A stretch of 64,000 bases of DNA, taken from NCBI GenBank assembly GCA_036172245.1, contig JAYWIR010000020.1, forward strand, positions 682,001-746,000, in the 5' to 3' direction. Positions within the stretch are counted from its first letter, which is position 1. Each line of letters starts with the position of its first letter. The stretch comes from Raillietiella orientalis (lineage: Eukaryota). This document shows, piece after piece, positions 1 to 12,945 of this stretch. Under the pieces are notes generated by a model that had not been told where the DNA came from, did not search any database, and saw only the letters and a list, made by a program, of their open reading frames with translations. The translations under genes were made by a program, and so were the position numbers.

Positions 1-110
1 AACGTTCTATTGGATAATGATCTTATAAGATGTTTCGGGTCACTTTCTTTTGTTTATTTTCTAGCAATTTGATCTTAATATTGCAAGAGTTGAAATTGAT
101 TTTTTTTAAG

Positions 111-3100
111 ATATCCTCCTCAGAACAAGGCAGTAATCGAATGCAAGATGGGCTTGCCGAAATAAAATATTCAATTTTAGAATATCTTCCACGGATTATT
201 TCAACTATGGCAATGTTGTGGAGAATTTTGCATACAGATAGGTATTTTCATCAAAAACAGATTTTATGTGTTACCAGTGATTTTTTGGGATATCTATATA
301 AGTGTATTCATATGAATACTGTTTTTGTTCATGTTCACTCACGAACATGAACGGAAATGAATATATTAATTAATATATTTGCAGATTTATATGGCCTGTA
401 AAACTCGGGCAGAAAGATTTGGTCAAATTCCTGATTGTGGAACTGTTATCACCCATTGGCCATCATTACAGCAGTGCCTTTATGGCTTCTATAGCCGTGG
501 CCTGGTATGAAACTCGTGACAAAACGGCCAATAGAGTTAGTTTGATAGCTGTGAATTCAATTTATTAATGAATATTTGCATTAACTTTTGTAGATCCTCT
601 TTACTGAGACTCCAGCGCAAAAAACTTTCATAGAACTAATGTTTGCACTGAAGGTTTTACCTTGTACTATTGTGGTTAATGCAGTAAAGCAAGTATTGAA
701 ATATCCACCTCTGGTGAAAGGATGTGGCTCAGTAAGTGGATCGATTTTCCATTAGTGCATGCCATGTTATTGACAAAATGAGGAGATGAAATGAACATTT
801 GTAATAATTAATGACCGACTGGTATAATACTTTATTAATCCATTAAGATTGCATATTTATCTGGATCCATAACTGATGTTTTGAAAGTCAACTGTTTTCA
901 TGCTCACTTAAGCTGTAATAGGAATACTATTCTCCATGCACCATTTTGCGGATTATTAGTAAAAGGAGCTCCTTGTTTTGTTTTTGTATTAGCTAATATT
1001 TTTTGAGAAATGCCACTGGGTCCCTACATCTCCTAGTGTCGAAATCACAATGAAAATTGATGTTGGTGATGATTTTTTGGCCATTCTTATCTTTTTCATT
1101 CTCTTTATTTAATCCAAAATCTTAAATACTGTATTCTTTGGATGAACACTGGCGATTTAAAAAAGATAGTTTTTTCAATCTAGTTTTTCAGTAGAATTCA
1201 TCCTCATTACTAGCAAACAAATTAAACTTGTTACACATTAAGAAAAATACTATATAAGACAGTCACATTGACAGATTACTGTCAATTTTGTCTTTTAAAT
1301 AGGAGTATTCAAAAATGCCTTGAAGTCTGAATTTGTGCACTCCTTGTATAATTTGTCTCCGATTTGTGTTTCTTTTTTTCTTGCATAATTAATGGGTTTC
1401 TAAAATTAGCGTGGTTGTGTTTCTTATAGTTCTATGACGCTGCTTTTCATACTTTTCATACTTTCATTGGAGGATTGGCTGTCATTGTACTTGGAGTTTA
1501 TTCTCAAAAATACCATAACCTGCACTAAAATATTCAAGTATTTCATGTTTTGTAGCTTACTTGTAAACAGAAGAGCATTGATGACATAAACATTATTGTT
1601 TTTAAATAGTAAGCAGATTAAGATTAAAATCGACATTTAGTCATACATGAAATTTTTATTCAGAGTTTGTTTGTTTCACTATTTCTAAATAAAAATAATT
1701 TATTTTGATTGTTTAAGAGTTTTTACCATCAATTGAGGATATATTTGTTTTCGTTTTTTTTGTTTTCACATTTGTGTTTCTGACATCTGTAACATAAAAA
1801 TAACTTGAAATTTTCTTCCGCTTCATTTTTCGAATCATTTCTTTCCACCGTGTTTTTTCAATAATTGAGTATATTGCCTTCATATTTCTTCGCGTATTTA
1901 ACTGATCTTTTGGAAAATTTGGTTTCGATTTTGTTTTCCCATTCACACAAACTCATCTGGAAATCTCATTTTGCTTTTTTGGTAATTGAGTTGATTTAGT
2001 AATCGCAAATACCTGAATCCTCGTAATCATGTAAGGTTTGTAAACATTCAGCCAATTGTTAGACTGAATGTTTGTTACCAACAGAAGGAATGTTTTCAAA
2101 CCTGGCATTCAGTGAGATTTGCAAACATTCTGTCTTTGAGAAATGCCACTGTGTTTCTACAGTATGGATTTCGAATATGCTTAATTAATGAGGTATAAAG
2201 TCAAATGGTTTTATGGGAACTTTTAAAGTGCTCGTTTCATTAATTTTATTTAGTTATTGAATGTGTTCAATTCTTGTACCAATTGCTGTATTTGCAAATA
2301 GTTTTTGCAGAGTATTTTTATGGCACCCAAGTATTTCCTTATAGTTGGTTTTTCTTTCTTTCTTTCTCCCTTTTTTTCTAGGATTTTAATCTGCAAGCTT
2401 GTTTACTGCAGTATTTACTTGTGTATGTTCGTAAATATGCCAATAGTTTCTCGGTGGAATCTTGGTCAGCTTTGCTCTTATTACTGAAAGAAGGCACACA
2501 GTTTCTGCCTCCCAGTTTGTTCTATGCAATTTTGATATGTTATGAGTTTGTCGTCAAAGGATACAGTTTCCTTGAGAAGAAAGATCAGAAAGAGTTACAA
2601 GATATTAGCATGAAGGTTTGTGTTATGGTTTTATTGATGGAAATTGATGAAGCACCATTTTCGACTCTAGCTAATTGAACTATGCACAGAAGTAGCAAGT
2701 TCATGTTTGGAGCAGACAACTTGGCTACGCAAAAATCTATCTATGAAAGCAGATTTGCAGTTTGAAATCAATTTAGAAAACAAAGATTCAGAAGATTTGA
2801 GTAAGTAATAATATAACATCATGAGGGATTTAATGTCTGATTTTCAGAAGCAGCAAGCACTATTGGTAGAAATCAGACACAGCATAGCTTAGATGCCTTG
2901 AGAATTCTTTCTGATGTGTTAATTACTCTCCTCGATATTTTGTTTAGTAGTGAAGAAAAAGACAAATGTATTCCTCAGTTAATTTCTATTATGGCTGTGG
3001 TTGTTCCCTATTTAAGGAATCATAGGTTTGCTAATAGTTTTAAGAGTCTTAAACAAATTCTGTTGATTAATGTTTTTTGGTGTACTAATTCCTTTATTTT

Positions 3101-5588
3101 TTTAATTAGGAAATCAAATATCCCGAATTACCACATATGTTCCAACATATTAGCTGGCCTCACTGGCTATCATTCCACAAAAAGAGCATGGAAAAAAGAT
3201 GCATTTGATCTCATACTAGACAGTAATTTTTTTCAAATGGACAAGCAGAGTATACATTGTTGGGTGATCATTACGGATAATTTAATGGGCACTGATGCAT
3301 CATGTTTTAGAGATTTATTGGGTATGTAGCGAAATGTACTGTATATATCACAAATTGATACTACACTTTGATATTGCTTAATTATTGATAACAGTTTTAT
3401 TATTATGGATCTGAAAATGAGAAAATGCTTGGTGTTCTCGCAGTGCAAGTATTTTAGATTTATCAAATCAAACTATTGTTTAGACTCTTTATTAGGTATA
3501 AAATGTTTTATTTCACAATACTCAATTAAATTTTGCTTAATTAATTCAGAATGATAAAGAAAATGCCTGATCTTACAATTCAAAGATTTGAATTCTCAGA
3601 AAATTTACAAGTATTTATGAATGTTCATTTAGAACAATAAATAATTTGCAATTGTTGCAGTATAGTTACCGCACTAGAAAGTTATACATAATTCCATTGG
3701 ATAGTGATTATAGTAATCCATTTTTTCGGATGGAATAGCTTAATGAACAGATTAGTTGGGTAATATAATTCTGTGTATTTAGGATTCAGTTTTTTCTTTT
3801 TTGTTGTCTGAGACCCTGAACAATGCCGACTTTCTGTGAATGCTATTTTTCTATGAATGCTATGCTCTGAGTTTTTATGTAGATATGTTTTACATTCTAG
3901 TTCTAAGCGATAAAACAAATATGAAAGTGTGAAAGACATGAAAAAAAAATTTTTGAACTGAAAGGAAAAACGAGAAAATAGTTTATTATGATAAAAATTA
4001 GCACCATGCCTCAGTTGTACCATATAATCTATTGTAGATGACGCGTGTTTGAAATCAACTATGAAATCGCAAACTAGTGGGAAATAAAAATACTTATCGG
4101 AATGAGAAATTGCTACTTGGAAGCAGTTTGAAATCTTTGAGGTCCAGCGATTTGTCCAAATACTTTCGTGAAACAATTATAAGCTAGTTGAAGATTGTAA
4201 GATATCGAATTTTAAGTTGCGTATATGAGACTATATTGGAAATGTTTTATTTTGGAAGTAATAGTGCCAGCAGTTTTGTTTACCGTAAAAAACCTCAAAT
4301 TGATTTTTTTAGTACTGACATTCAATTAAGTTAACTTTAATATTTTGCCCCAATATGAAGTTCTAATTGATGTTTCTTTAATTAGCAAAAAATTCCTTGA
4401 CCCAGGGTACATCTCCACTTAATATATTTGCCAGTAAAGAATTTGAATACGAGCATCGAATCATGCTTTTGAAAAGATTATCTTTTACAATTTTCTGTGG
4501 TGAGTTAGACAGGTTCCAAAGGCATCTTCCTGAAATACAAGGTTTGTGTTTTAATTCCAAGTTCTGGAATTCATTGCAATTTGGCACACGGATATGTCAT
4601 TTCATGTTGCAATATTTTGTTAGAGAAATTGGCGGAGTGCTTAAAAACAACCCATCATGCTACCTTATTGCATGCCCAAGTATTTTTTTGTTTTCGGGTT
4701 CTCTTGTTGAGATTGTCTGCAGCTCATACCACTTCTTTATGGCCTATAATTATTAGTGAAACTATCCAAATACTTCTCCAATTAGAGCAGGAGCTACTCA
4801 TACAAATGGAAGAACACAGGTACTTTTTTTGTTTACCTTTGCAAGTAAACCGCATTTCTCATAAGTATGTGCATATTATTGTAACAAAGCAAATATTTCT
4901 GATATTCATATTTAATGTACACATTTAATGTATTTTCTCACTTTTGGACATAATTCTGAGTACTAAATTTGTTGAATCGTGTATTTCTTGTTACAGCAAT
5001 GGTGTATGCCTTCGCAGTCATTCTTCATCATTACCAGTTTATGTAGCCATGTGCAAGTTACTGGATTTTTTGTTGGTGTTGCCTCCATATTTACAACCAC
5101 AGTTCCAGATGTAGGTCATTGCACAATGATGACATTTCTTTCATGATGACATTCATTGAATTGAATTTAGGTATAGATGGGCCTTTGTTGGTGATGGAAG
5201 TGTTGTGAATGATTCAAGCACTGATGATGAAGTTGTAGAAGCTCTTTCAGAAGTGATTGTTCCCCAATTCCGCCCCCACATGTTGCAGATAGCTCAACTG
5301 GTGCAGAAAACAGTGAGTTACATAAAGTAAATCTTAACATACCTTTTGGTATTGTAGCATGCAGGCTGTGCACATTCAATACCTCATAAAGATGGTCATC
5401 CAATTATCACGAATCATTCGTTTTCTGATCTGAAAGATCTTTTGCCGTTTTTCACAACAGTTTCGCAGTCCTCATATCATTTGGGAATTACACAGCTTGA
5501 TCAAACATTCACCTCAGAATGCTCAAGTCTTCTTCAGGATATTGAATCAATTATTCTTGAAGATTTTTTAGAACCTTTAACTTTATGA
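111..5588 (+). CDS. DOP1: Dopey/DOP1 family protein, 3' portion (5' end outside the window)
   Basis: Phase-consistent GT-AG exons: 111-241, 385-535, 594-731, 2382-2615, 2671-2800, 2848-3025, 3110-3321, 4386-4541, 4624-4819, 4997-5110, 5171-5312, 5358-5588 (TGA). Dopey C-terminal motifs: LEQTTWLRKNL, SEEKDK..VVPYLRNH, KRAWKKDAFDLILD, MLLKRLSF, FFCFRVLLLRLS..TSLWPIIISE, PQFQMYRWAF, terminal EDFLE. Confidence 0.93.
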
Positions 5589-5721
5589 TGTATATTCCAT
5601 GGAACCCTTTTAACTATAAGAATTAAATTGCTATTTAATATTACAATTAATATTTGCTTACTGGATTTCATATGTTTGAATTATCTGCTATTTTAGGAAT
5701 AATGTCTTACTTGTACTTTAT

Positions 5722-8700
5722 ATGACGTTTATCCAGTATTTCTATCGTAACTTTTGGAATTTACTTAGAAATATGTGGTCATACATAAATCCACAAAAAG
5801 AGTGTGAAAATACCTTCAAAGTATTTATAAAGACAAATACTGGAAAACACTTACCCTTATCATTAAATGATCGCATGAGTGTAACTGACATTAAAAAAAT
5901 CATGAGCGCCAAACTGAATGTGAAATTTTCAGATTTGCGAATTATTTTTTGTGGTAAGGAACTACCAGATAATCTTCTAGTAATGGTATGATTACTAGTT
6001 ATTTGTACTTGCACTATTGTTCAGGTTGTAGGAGTGTGATTTGGGTAATCAGAGTGTACTACATGCAGTGCAACTAATTAGCAAGATCCATGAGAATGAA
6101 CATGCTTTCCAAGATAAAAAAAAAACTGAAGAATCATCTCAGACTGCAAATTACTTTAACACTTCTCTAGAGATAGGTACGAATCATAATTAAATCCATA
6201 TTGAGATTCAAATTTTGCTAGTATATTATTTATGTATACTTTTAAAGGAAAAAAAAAAAATCCTCATTTTATGGTCTATTGTTCATCACCATGTAAAACA
6301 GCGACAAAAGGAAAATTGAGAGTGCGGTGCAGCATCTGTGGTAGCAAAATTTTTACTGTTTCCCAAGATCCTTGTTGTTGGGAAGATGTTCTGGAGGCAA
6401 ACAGAATACCAGGTAAATCATGAAAGTTTCAGAATGAGAGCTTATAAGAATAAGAAAATTGTATGAACTTCCTGCAATTTCAATTCCGAGTAGGAGAAGC
6501 ATTAATGAAACAAGTAGAGCTTTTTGTCTTTTAAATCGTTTATTTAATATCTTTCATTGCACAGAAGAACTGACAGAAATGATCGCATGTTTCCGGGATT
6601 GATAATGATATTATTTTCTCATCTGAATCGCTTTGCATTTACAGTCTCTGTGGCAATTTGAAATAATTCATTTTACTATTTGTTGCAATGTAGGGAAAGA
6701 ACTGTTTACGAATATAATTCCTCAATGCTAAAAGGAAAGATAAGGATTTGCACGTCTTTCTTTGCATGAATTATGTAGCATAGGACAGATTGAGGATGAT
6801 TTTTGAGGTTTTAGTCCTTCAAGTTTTCATACTTCGTTGGGACAAAAACTTGACAACCATTTCACTTGGATTTTAGTATTGCACAATATTAGTAAGAATT
6901 ATGTTATGTATTTTCCCAAAAGCTTTGTTGAAGTCCGCTCAACCATGTTTATGAGAAACAAACTTCTTTAACTTGGCCCAATTGCGACCATTTATTATTC
7001 GGCGTGCAACGTTTTGTCGAACAATTCTCAGAAAAAATGACGTTTATAAATGTTTCCTTAATTTACATGTGTTTTTGATTGATCAAAGTTGATTCCACAA
7101 TATCAACTCTAGAATAATCAACTGAGTATGCCCCACTTTTAATGAATGTGCTGATAGGTGACTAAACTAAGAATTTCGGATTATAAATCATGCACAGCGA
7201 AGAACATTTCTATACGATGGTAACGTGAAGAAAAGATCAGTAAGCAAAACCTACTATGCTGTGGTTATTGAGAAAGCTTATTTTTCTGTGTACATATTTT
7301 GGGGGATGGTGAATGAAGCCGAAATACGTAAAAACGATCGTTGCAGTCGGGTTTAGTCATTATATGCATGCCATCGCACGTTGCTATTGAAAATGAAGGC
7401 TTTTCCTTTCACTGAAAGCCGAAAGCACATGGAGGGGTGTGAGGCTTGAGATTAAAATTAATTTGTGGGTTTATAATAGCTGATTAGAAAACGCAAAGTT
7501 GAAAATAATGGCAAGTTCAACCATAGAAGGTGAAAGAGGGGAGGGAACGCTTTTCATACTCAAAAATAGGAAAGTTTGCCTAATTCTTGATTCTGAAAAC
7601 AGAAGAATGAAGATTGAGATACGTTTTGTTGCGAGTTTGAATGAAAGATGAAATGAGTAACTGTGCATGGAGCTAAGTGTTCCCTAAAGTTCCTCAATTA
7701 AAAAGAGAAAACGTAACTCTTTTATCACAGATTTCACATTGACTCAGTTTTAAATTCATTAATACTGTGGAAAGGTTTAATATGCTGAATAAAGAACGCA
7801 AAAGTTAATCTGTTTTCTCTTTTCTAAGTATATGGTAAGTTACATTTAGATGAGAATCTGATGTAAATGTTCCCAAGATGAGAAAATACTAAAGTGTAAA
7901 ACTCTGAAAGGAAAGAGCAAATTGCCTGTAGCCCTGTATGAATTTCTCAATTATTGTTTACTTTGAGGTGAAGTGGATACGTTTTGTGCGAACGAGCAGG
8001 TTCACCTGGGAACTATGCATTTCAGATTGTCCCAATAATTCCACAGATCACATGGCATCCAGATTTTAGAAAATTTAATAGTGTACATTCATTTTGAGAC
8101 TCAGGAGTAGACTTAATGGAAGAAAGATTTCACTGTAGAAGGTGCCCATTACAATCAAGAGGAATAGAATTTTAAAAATTCATTTTCATTTGTGCAGTTA
8201 TGTGCAATTGGAAATGAACTTTGATTTTGCATTTTAATAGCTGGAAAATTGATCCTGCTGCAAAGATGAAAGCATCTAATACTAAAATGCTAGAAAAACA
8301 AAGCAAACAATTGTTAATGAACGAAAATGAATCATGCAAAATTTTGAATAGACAGTAATTAGACAGTTTGACTGCATATTTCTTATTTTCAGTACTTTGA
8401 CTGTCGGTTGACAGAGTTTGATATTGTATGTGCAAAAATAACTCGCTAGCTTTTGGATAAAATGTATATGGAAAACTGAGAAATAGTTGTAACTTGATTT
8501 TTAAGTTATCTGTGTTCTCTGTGTATTCATTGTGTAACCATTTAAATTAGCATCAGACTGACTGGTGATCCCTACAAGGAAAGAAGGAAAGCAAGAAACA
8601 GTATCCCCTCAGTTGAATGCAAGCAATCATTTCAAATAATAAATTTAAATTAGTTTTATGTTGACTTTGTCGTATGTGAATGACAAGTTTGTAATGTGGA

Positions 8701-10809
8701 TATCCAATTGTTTTTCTTTACAGGAAAGTGTTTGGAAGAATCTTGCGATGGCCAGTTCGCACAATTTTATTTTAAATGCATAGAACATTTAACTACAGGA
8801 GAAGATGACGAAGCAGTTGCATTAAGTTTGATTCGTTACAATTGCGATTCAGTACCATGTCTTTCTTGCACAGGCATTATGTAAGCCTTTTTTTGGGTAC
8901 TCCACATACCCGCAATTTATTGCATGTTCCGGTAGTTTTTTATTAAAACAATGTTCAGATTTAATGTTAAGTTCAACTAATGTGTAAATGCAATATTCGT
9001 TGTTGTAAACAAATCTTAAAGGGAACTAACCAGCTTAGTGAGAAAACTTGTATCAGCAAAAGCATTGTCTCAACATGTACTCAATTTCAGTCAAGCCACA
9101 CCTTAGTTGCTTAAAACTTAGTTCAGAGGATTCGTACATTCAGCGATCTGGGATGGTTTATGCTTTGAGAACACATTTGGTTTGTGAAAGATTTAGAGTC
9201 AACATAAAAACTGCTTCAATACTTATGCAAGTTGGTTTTTAAAAGTAACATGCAATATTCGATAGTAGTATTCGACATGCAAGGAGTTTTTTTTTTTCGT
9301 TATCATAGCTAACGCTACACATGATGATGAAAGTCTTTCTTCAGTGACCATTTTTTTCTATCCTTTGAAGATGTATTGGACACAGAGAGACCGTTCAATA
9401 TTTTTTTGATGACGAAAGATTACTCAAATTCGGATCAAATGCACACTTTGTAATAGAGATGTTCATTATAGCATAATGACAAACTCAGGTTCATGGCCAA
9501 GATACTGGTGATTTTCTAGGGTGGACAACACATTCATAGACTTTTCTGTGTATGTATGATTGTCGCATGTTCAAAATGACAAAAGACATTTAATTTTATA
9601 AGACACTAAAAGGCAATGGCAGCCTTGATTGTCGACTGAAAAAAGAAAACTGCGAAAATATTAGTCTGTATTCAAGTTTTTGATAATACAGTGGATACTC
9701 AAAGTCATTTAAATTAAAAGATCTATTTATTTTTGTATTTTTGAGACATTCAGGTACTTGTATTAATGTAATGTTAATTATCCCTTAACTAATGTAAAGC
9801 TAATGCATTTGATGAAAGGTTTCTGAGGCCTTTAGTAATTATTACTATTTTCATCAAGTGCGATTGTATATGCACAAGTAAAGAGTTTTAATTTCTGGTT
9901 GTTGTGAAATTGGAAACTAGTAGCCACTAAAAACTTGATGCAGGAACAATACACATTACATACTTTATATATCATATGTAATGATGTGTTCATTATGCAT
10001 TTCATAGGGAAATGGTTCTGGTATTTGAGTGCCCTTCCTCACATGTGATGTGCTTGCCATGTTTTAAACAGTTCTGCTACATCCTGCTAAATGAACGGAA
10101 GTTTATAAGTCATCAAAAGTATGGTTACACTCTGTCATGCCCTGTAGGTTGCCCAGATTCCTGGATAACTGAAATCCATCATTTTTGCTTATTGGGTTCT
10201 GAACAGGTTGGAAGGTTTTTCATTTCCTGGATTTTTTTTTTTTTTTATTTTAGTATGCCCGTTACCACAAATTTGCTGCCGAAGAATGGTTAATCCAATC
10301 AGGTGGTATTTTTTGTCCCCAACCAAATTGTGGCATGGGTCTGATTCCATCGTCATGTCAAAGAATTGTGTGTGAAAATGGATGTGGGGTATACTGTTTT
10401 ACTTACCTTGTTTCTTCATCATTCAATGTTTTGTTACAATGAATTTACAGTACGTGTTTTGCCGGTATTGTCTTGAGGGCTATCATCTCGGAGATTGTCA
10501 GACAAACAATACCAACTCACATAAGAGCATTCATTTAGGAGAATCAGAAAACATGAATAGAATGACTGATTCTATGTCTGAGGAAGCAAGCTGGAAGACT
10601 ATTCGTTCTACAACAAAGCCATGCCCTAAATGCCGAACACCAACAGAGAGAAATGGTAGTACAATATGCACTGAATATGACAAGAATAATTCATTCCAGG
10701 AGGCTGCATGCACATGGTATGCCAGCGAAGTCAGTGTGCTTTACATTGGTGCTGGATCTGCCAGACAGAATGGAATAATGACTGTATGGCAAATCATTGG
10801 TTTTCATGA
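5722..10809 (+). CDS. PRKN: E3 ubiquitin ligase Parkin (RBR), complete
   Basis: Exons 5722-5985, 6032-6176, 6248-6412, 8724-8880, 10008-10206, 10254-10388, 10451-10655, 10700-10809 (TGA). Ubl domain ([18 protein letters not shown] with the Ser65 equivalent), RING0 ([20 protein letters not shown]), RING1 ([18 protein letters not shown]), IBR, and RING2 ([31 protein letters not shown]) with the catalytic Cys and His. Confidence 0.97.
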
Positions 10810-12181
10810 TTTAGCATTGCAGTGCAAAAAATTGACATCGAAATCAGTTTTCAACCTTCAGTTCATAGCATATTTTTTGAATACTTCAATCAAGTTTACT
10901 TGAATACAATAAGCATTTATTTTGCTCCTTTTACAATATTGATAGATGGTTGCCTAGTCCTAAAAACTGATGGTGCCCTGAGCACAGAAAAGAAACATGT
11001 CTGTCATTGCATGACTAGTGTTGGACTTTATTGTATGAACAAATAAAAGTTGGATAGATTTCTCAACTCTTGCATGGTGGCATGAAATTATTTTCTTGAT
11101 ACATGTGGGAAGCATTCCAATTTATAAAGCATTATTGTCCCATGTGTTATTATAGTAAGGGAAAGTGCCATTGTTGGCACTTCTCAAATCATAAGGCCTC
11201 CATTCAATGTTCTGATTCTCATCTTGCATGACTAGCATAATTATTTTTTTCATACATGCTGATTATTTTTTGCATTGGAACTTCTTTTAAACAGATGTAG
11301 AGTATTCATAATCACAGAAAAGCTCTTCAATGTTATGCTTTCTGCTACTGCTGAAAAATCACACCACTCAATTCTTCAAATATCAAGTTATGCCTATTTA
11401 TGACTTATTTTTGTCCAAAGTTTAGGCTAGTGTTTTTTCATGCTTTTAGGTTGCAGCTGCTCAAGAACCCAGAGATAATCTGAAATTTTTACTTTTCCAA
11501 ATACTTTGTATTTAACGCCAATAAATTGCACCATTCCTTTTTGAAGACATTCATGTCCAACACACATTAGTTATGCCTTGATGACCAACTTAACATGAGA
11601 CCCTGCTCATGCTGTTGTAAATCTTATCTAGCTTTGCCTAAACCCACAAAAAATAAATCATTACTCTTTTACAAACTTTTAAGGACAACTCCAATTTCTA
11701 GCATAGAGATGATCCAGAATTTGTCAGAAAACTTTAAGGAAGCATTCAAAAATGCATAGCAATAACTTCACTTCCATTAAAGATTCACTCAGGTAATCAA
11801 AGAATTTCACATGGATAAAGATAAGTACAAGGGCATAAATTCATACATAAATGCCTATGAGGCCGAAGCATTGAATTCTCGCTAAATGTTTGTATCAATG
11901 AAGCCAAAAAAAACCAAAAAAATAGTGTGTACTCTATTACTCTAAAAAGTAAAAAGGCCATCGAAGTGCTAATTAAATTTAAAGAATACATGTTTAACTA
12001 GCACCACCTCTGAAATAAGTAGCATCAATAACTAGTTAAAATGAATTTCGTGAATTTTCTCACACTAAAACGCAGTGAAGGCTTGCAAGTAACAACCTTG
12101 AATATTTGAAAATATTTTAAAATAGAAGCCACAAAGTCACTCAAAAATACAGAATTTAAAAAATGTGTCAAATGATTTAAA

Positions 12182-12187
12182 TTTATT
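12182..12187 (-). promoter_or_regulatory. Poly(A) signal AATAAA of RPL39
   Basis: tttatt on the plus strand, about 45 nt past the RPL39 stop codon. Confidence 0.7.
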
Positions 12188-12231
12188 CAAAAACCATCAT
12201 CTCCACAAACGGAAAAGTACATCCGCAACAT

Positions 12232-12945
12232 TTACAACTTGAGTTTAGTTCTTCTCCAATGACGTCTCTTTGCATTATACCTACATTACAACACCCAAAA
12301 TCCATTTAACTTTAACACTTGGCTTACCTAATGCGATTTCCTGTCCTCATGCGAATCCACTGAGGAATTGGACGATTCTGTTTCATTTTTCGCGCTAATT
12401 TTTGCTTGATTTTAAACGTCTTGTGTGCAGCCTGGAATACAAAAGTGCGTCCATATAATAATTACAATGATTGTAACCGAAACATTACACATTACATTGT
12501 TACAAAATGTTTGGTCATAGAAACTACAGAACACAATTTGTTAAAATATTTTCAACTTCCAAGGGCAATCAATTACAAAGTGAAAACAGGATGTCGACCT
12601 CAAATGCTTCCACTCAATAGTTGCGGCACGTTATTACGTCATAACATAAAACACTATGCTTCCTTTAAATGGAAAATTACGGATCTTCCTTGCAATGATT
12701 AAAATTCATAATTCCATTCTAAATATGTTAACGGTACGCCTTCTAGTCTCGAGCATCAATTTATACATTTGCATAGCGGTATTCATTAAAACCGAAATTA
12801 ACAAAATAACACTAAAATTTACACCCATTTTTTTGCGGCAGCTTGGTTAATATTTGTAAGAGGCCGATTCACATTTCTTTTTTTAACAAGGAAAAAGATG
12901 AGAATGACTTCCTAGAAATTAGAAAATTGGAAAATATTTTACCAT
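12232..12945 (-). CDS. RPL39: 60S ribosomal protein L39 (eL39), 51 aa
   Basis: Not in the ORF track. Exons 12943-12945 (ATG only, followed by gtaaaa), 12328-12431 and 12232-12280 give [51 protein letters not shown]. The ATG exon is the nearest upstream ATG|gt. Confidence 0.96.

Noticed and set aside
6413..8723. Nested gene or intact transposon in the long Parkin intron
   Set aside because: Only short low-complexity ORFs; no TIR/TSD pair or recognisable domain found.
12432..12942. snoRNA in RPL39 intron 1 (vertebrate RPL39 hosts SNORA69)
   Set aside because: I could not identify a convincing hairpin-H box-hairpin-ACA or C/D box layout by eye. It needs a covariance-model search.
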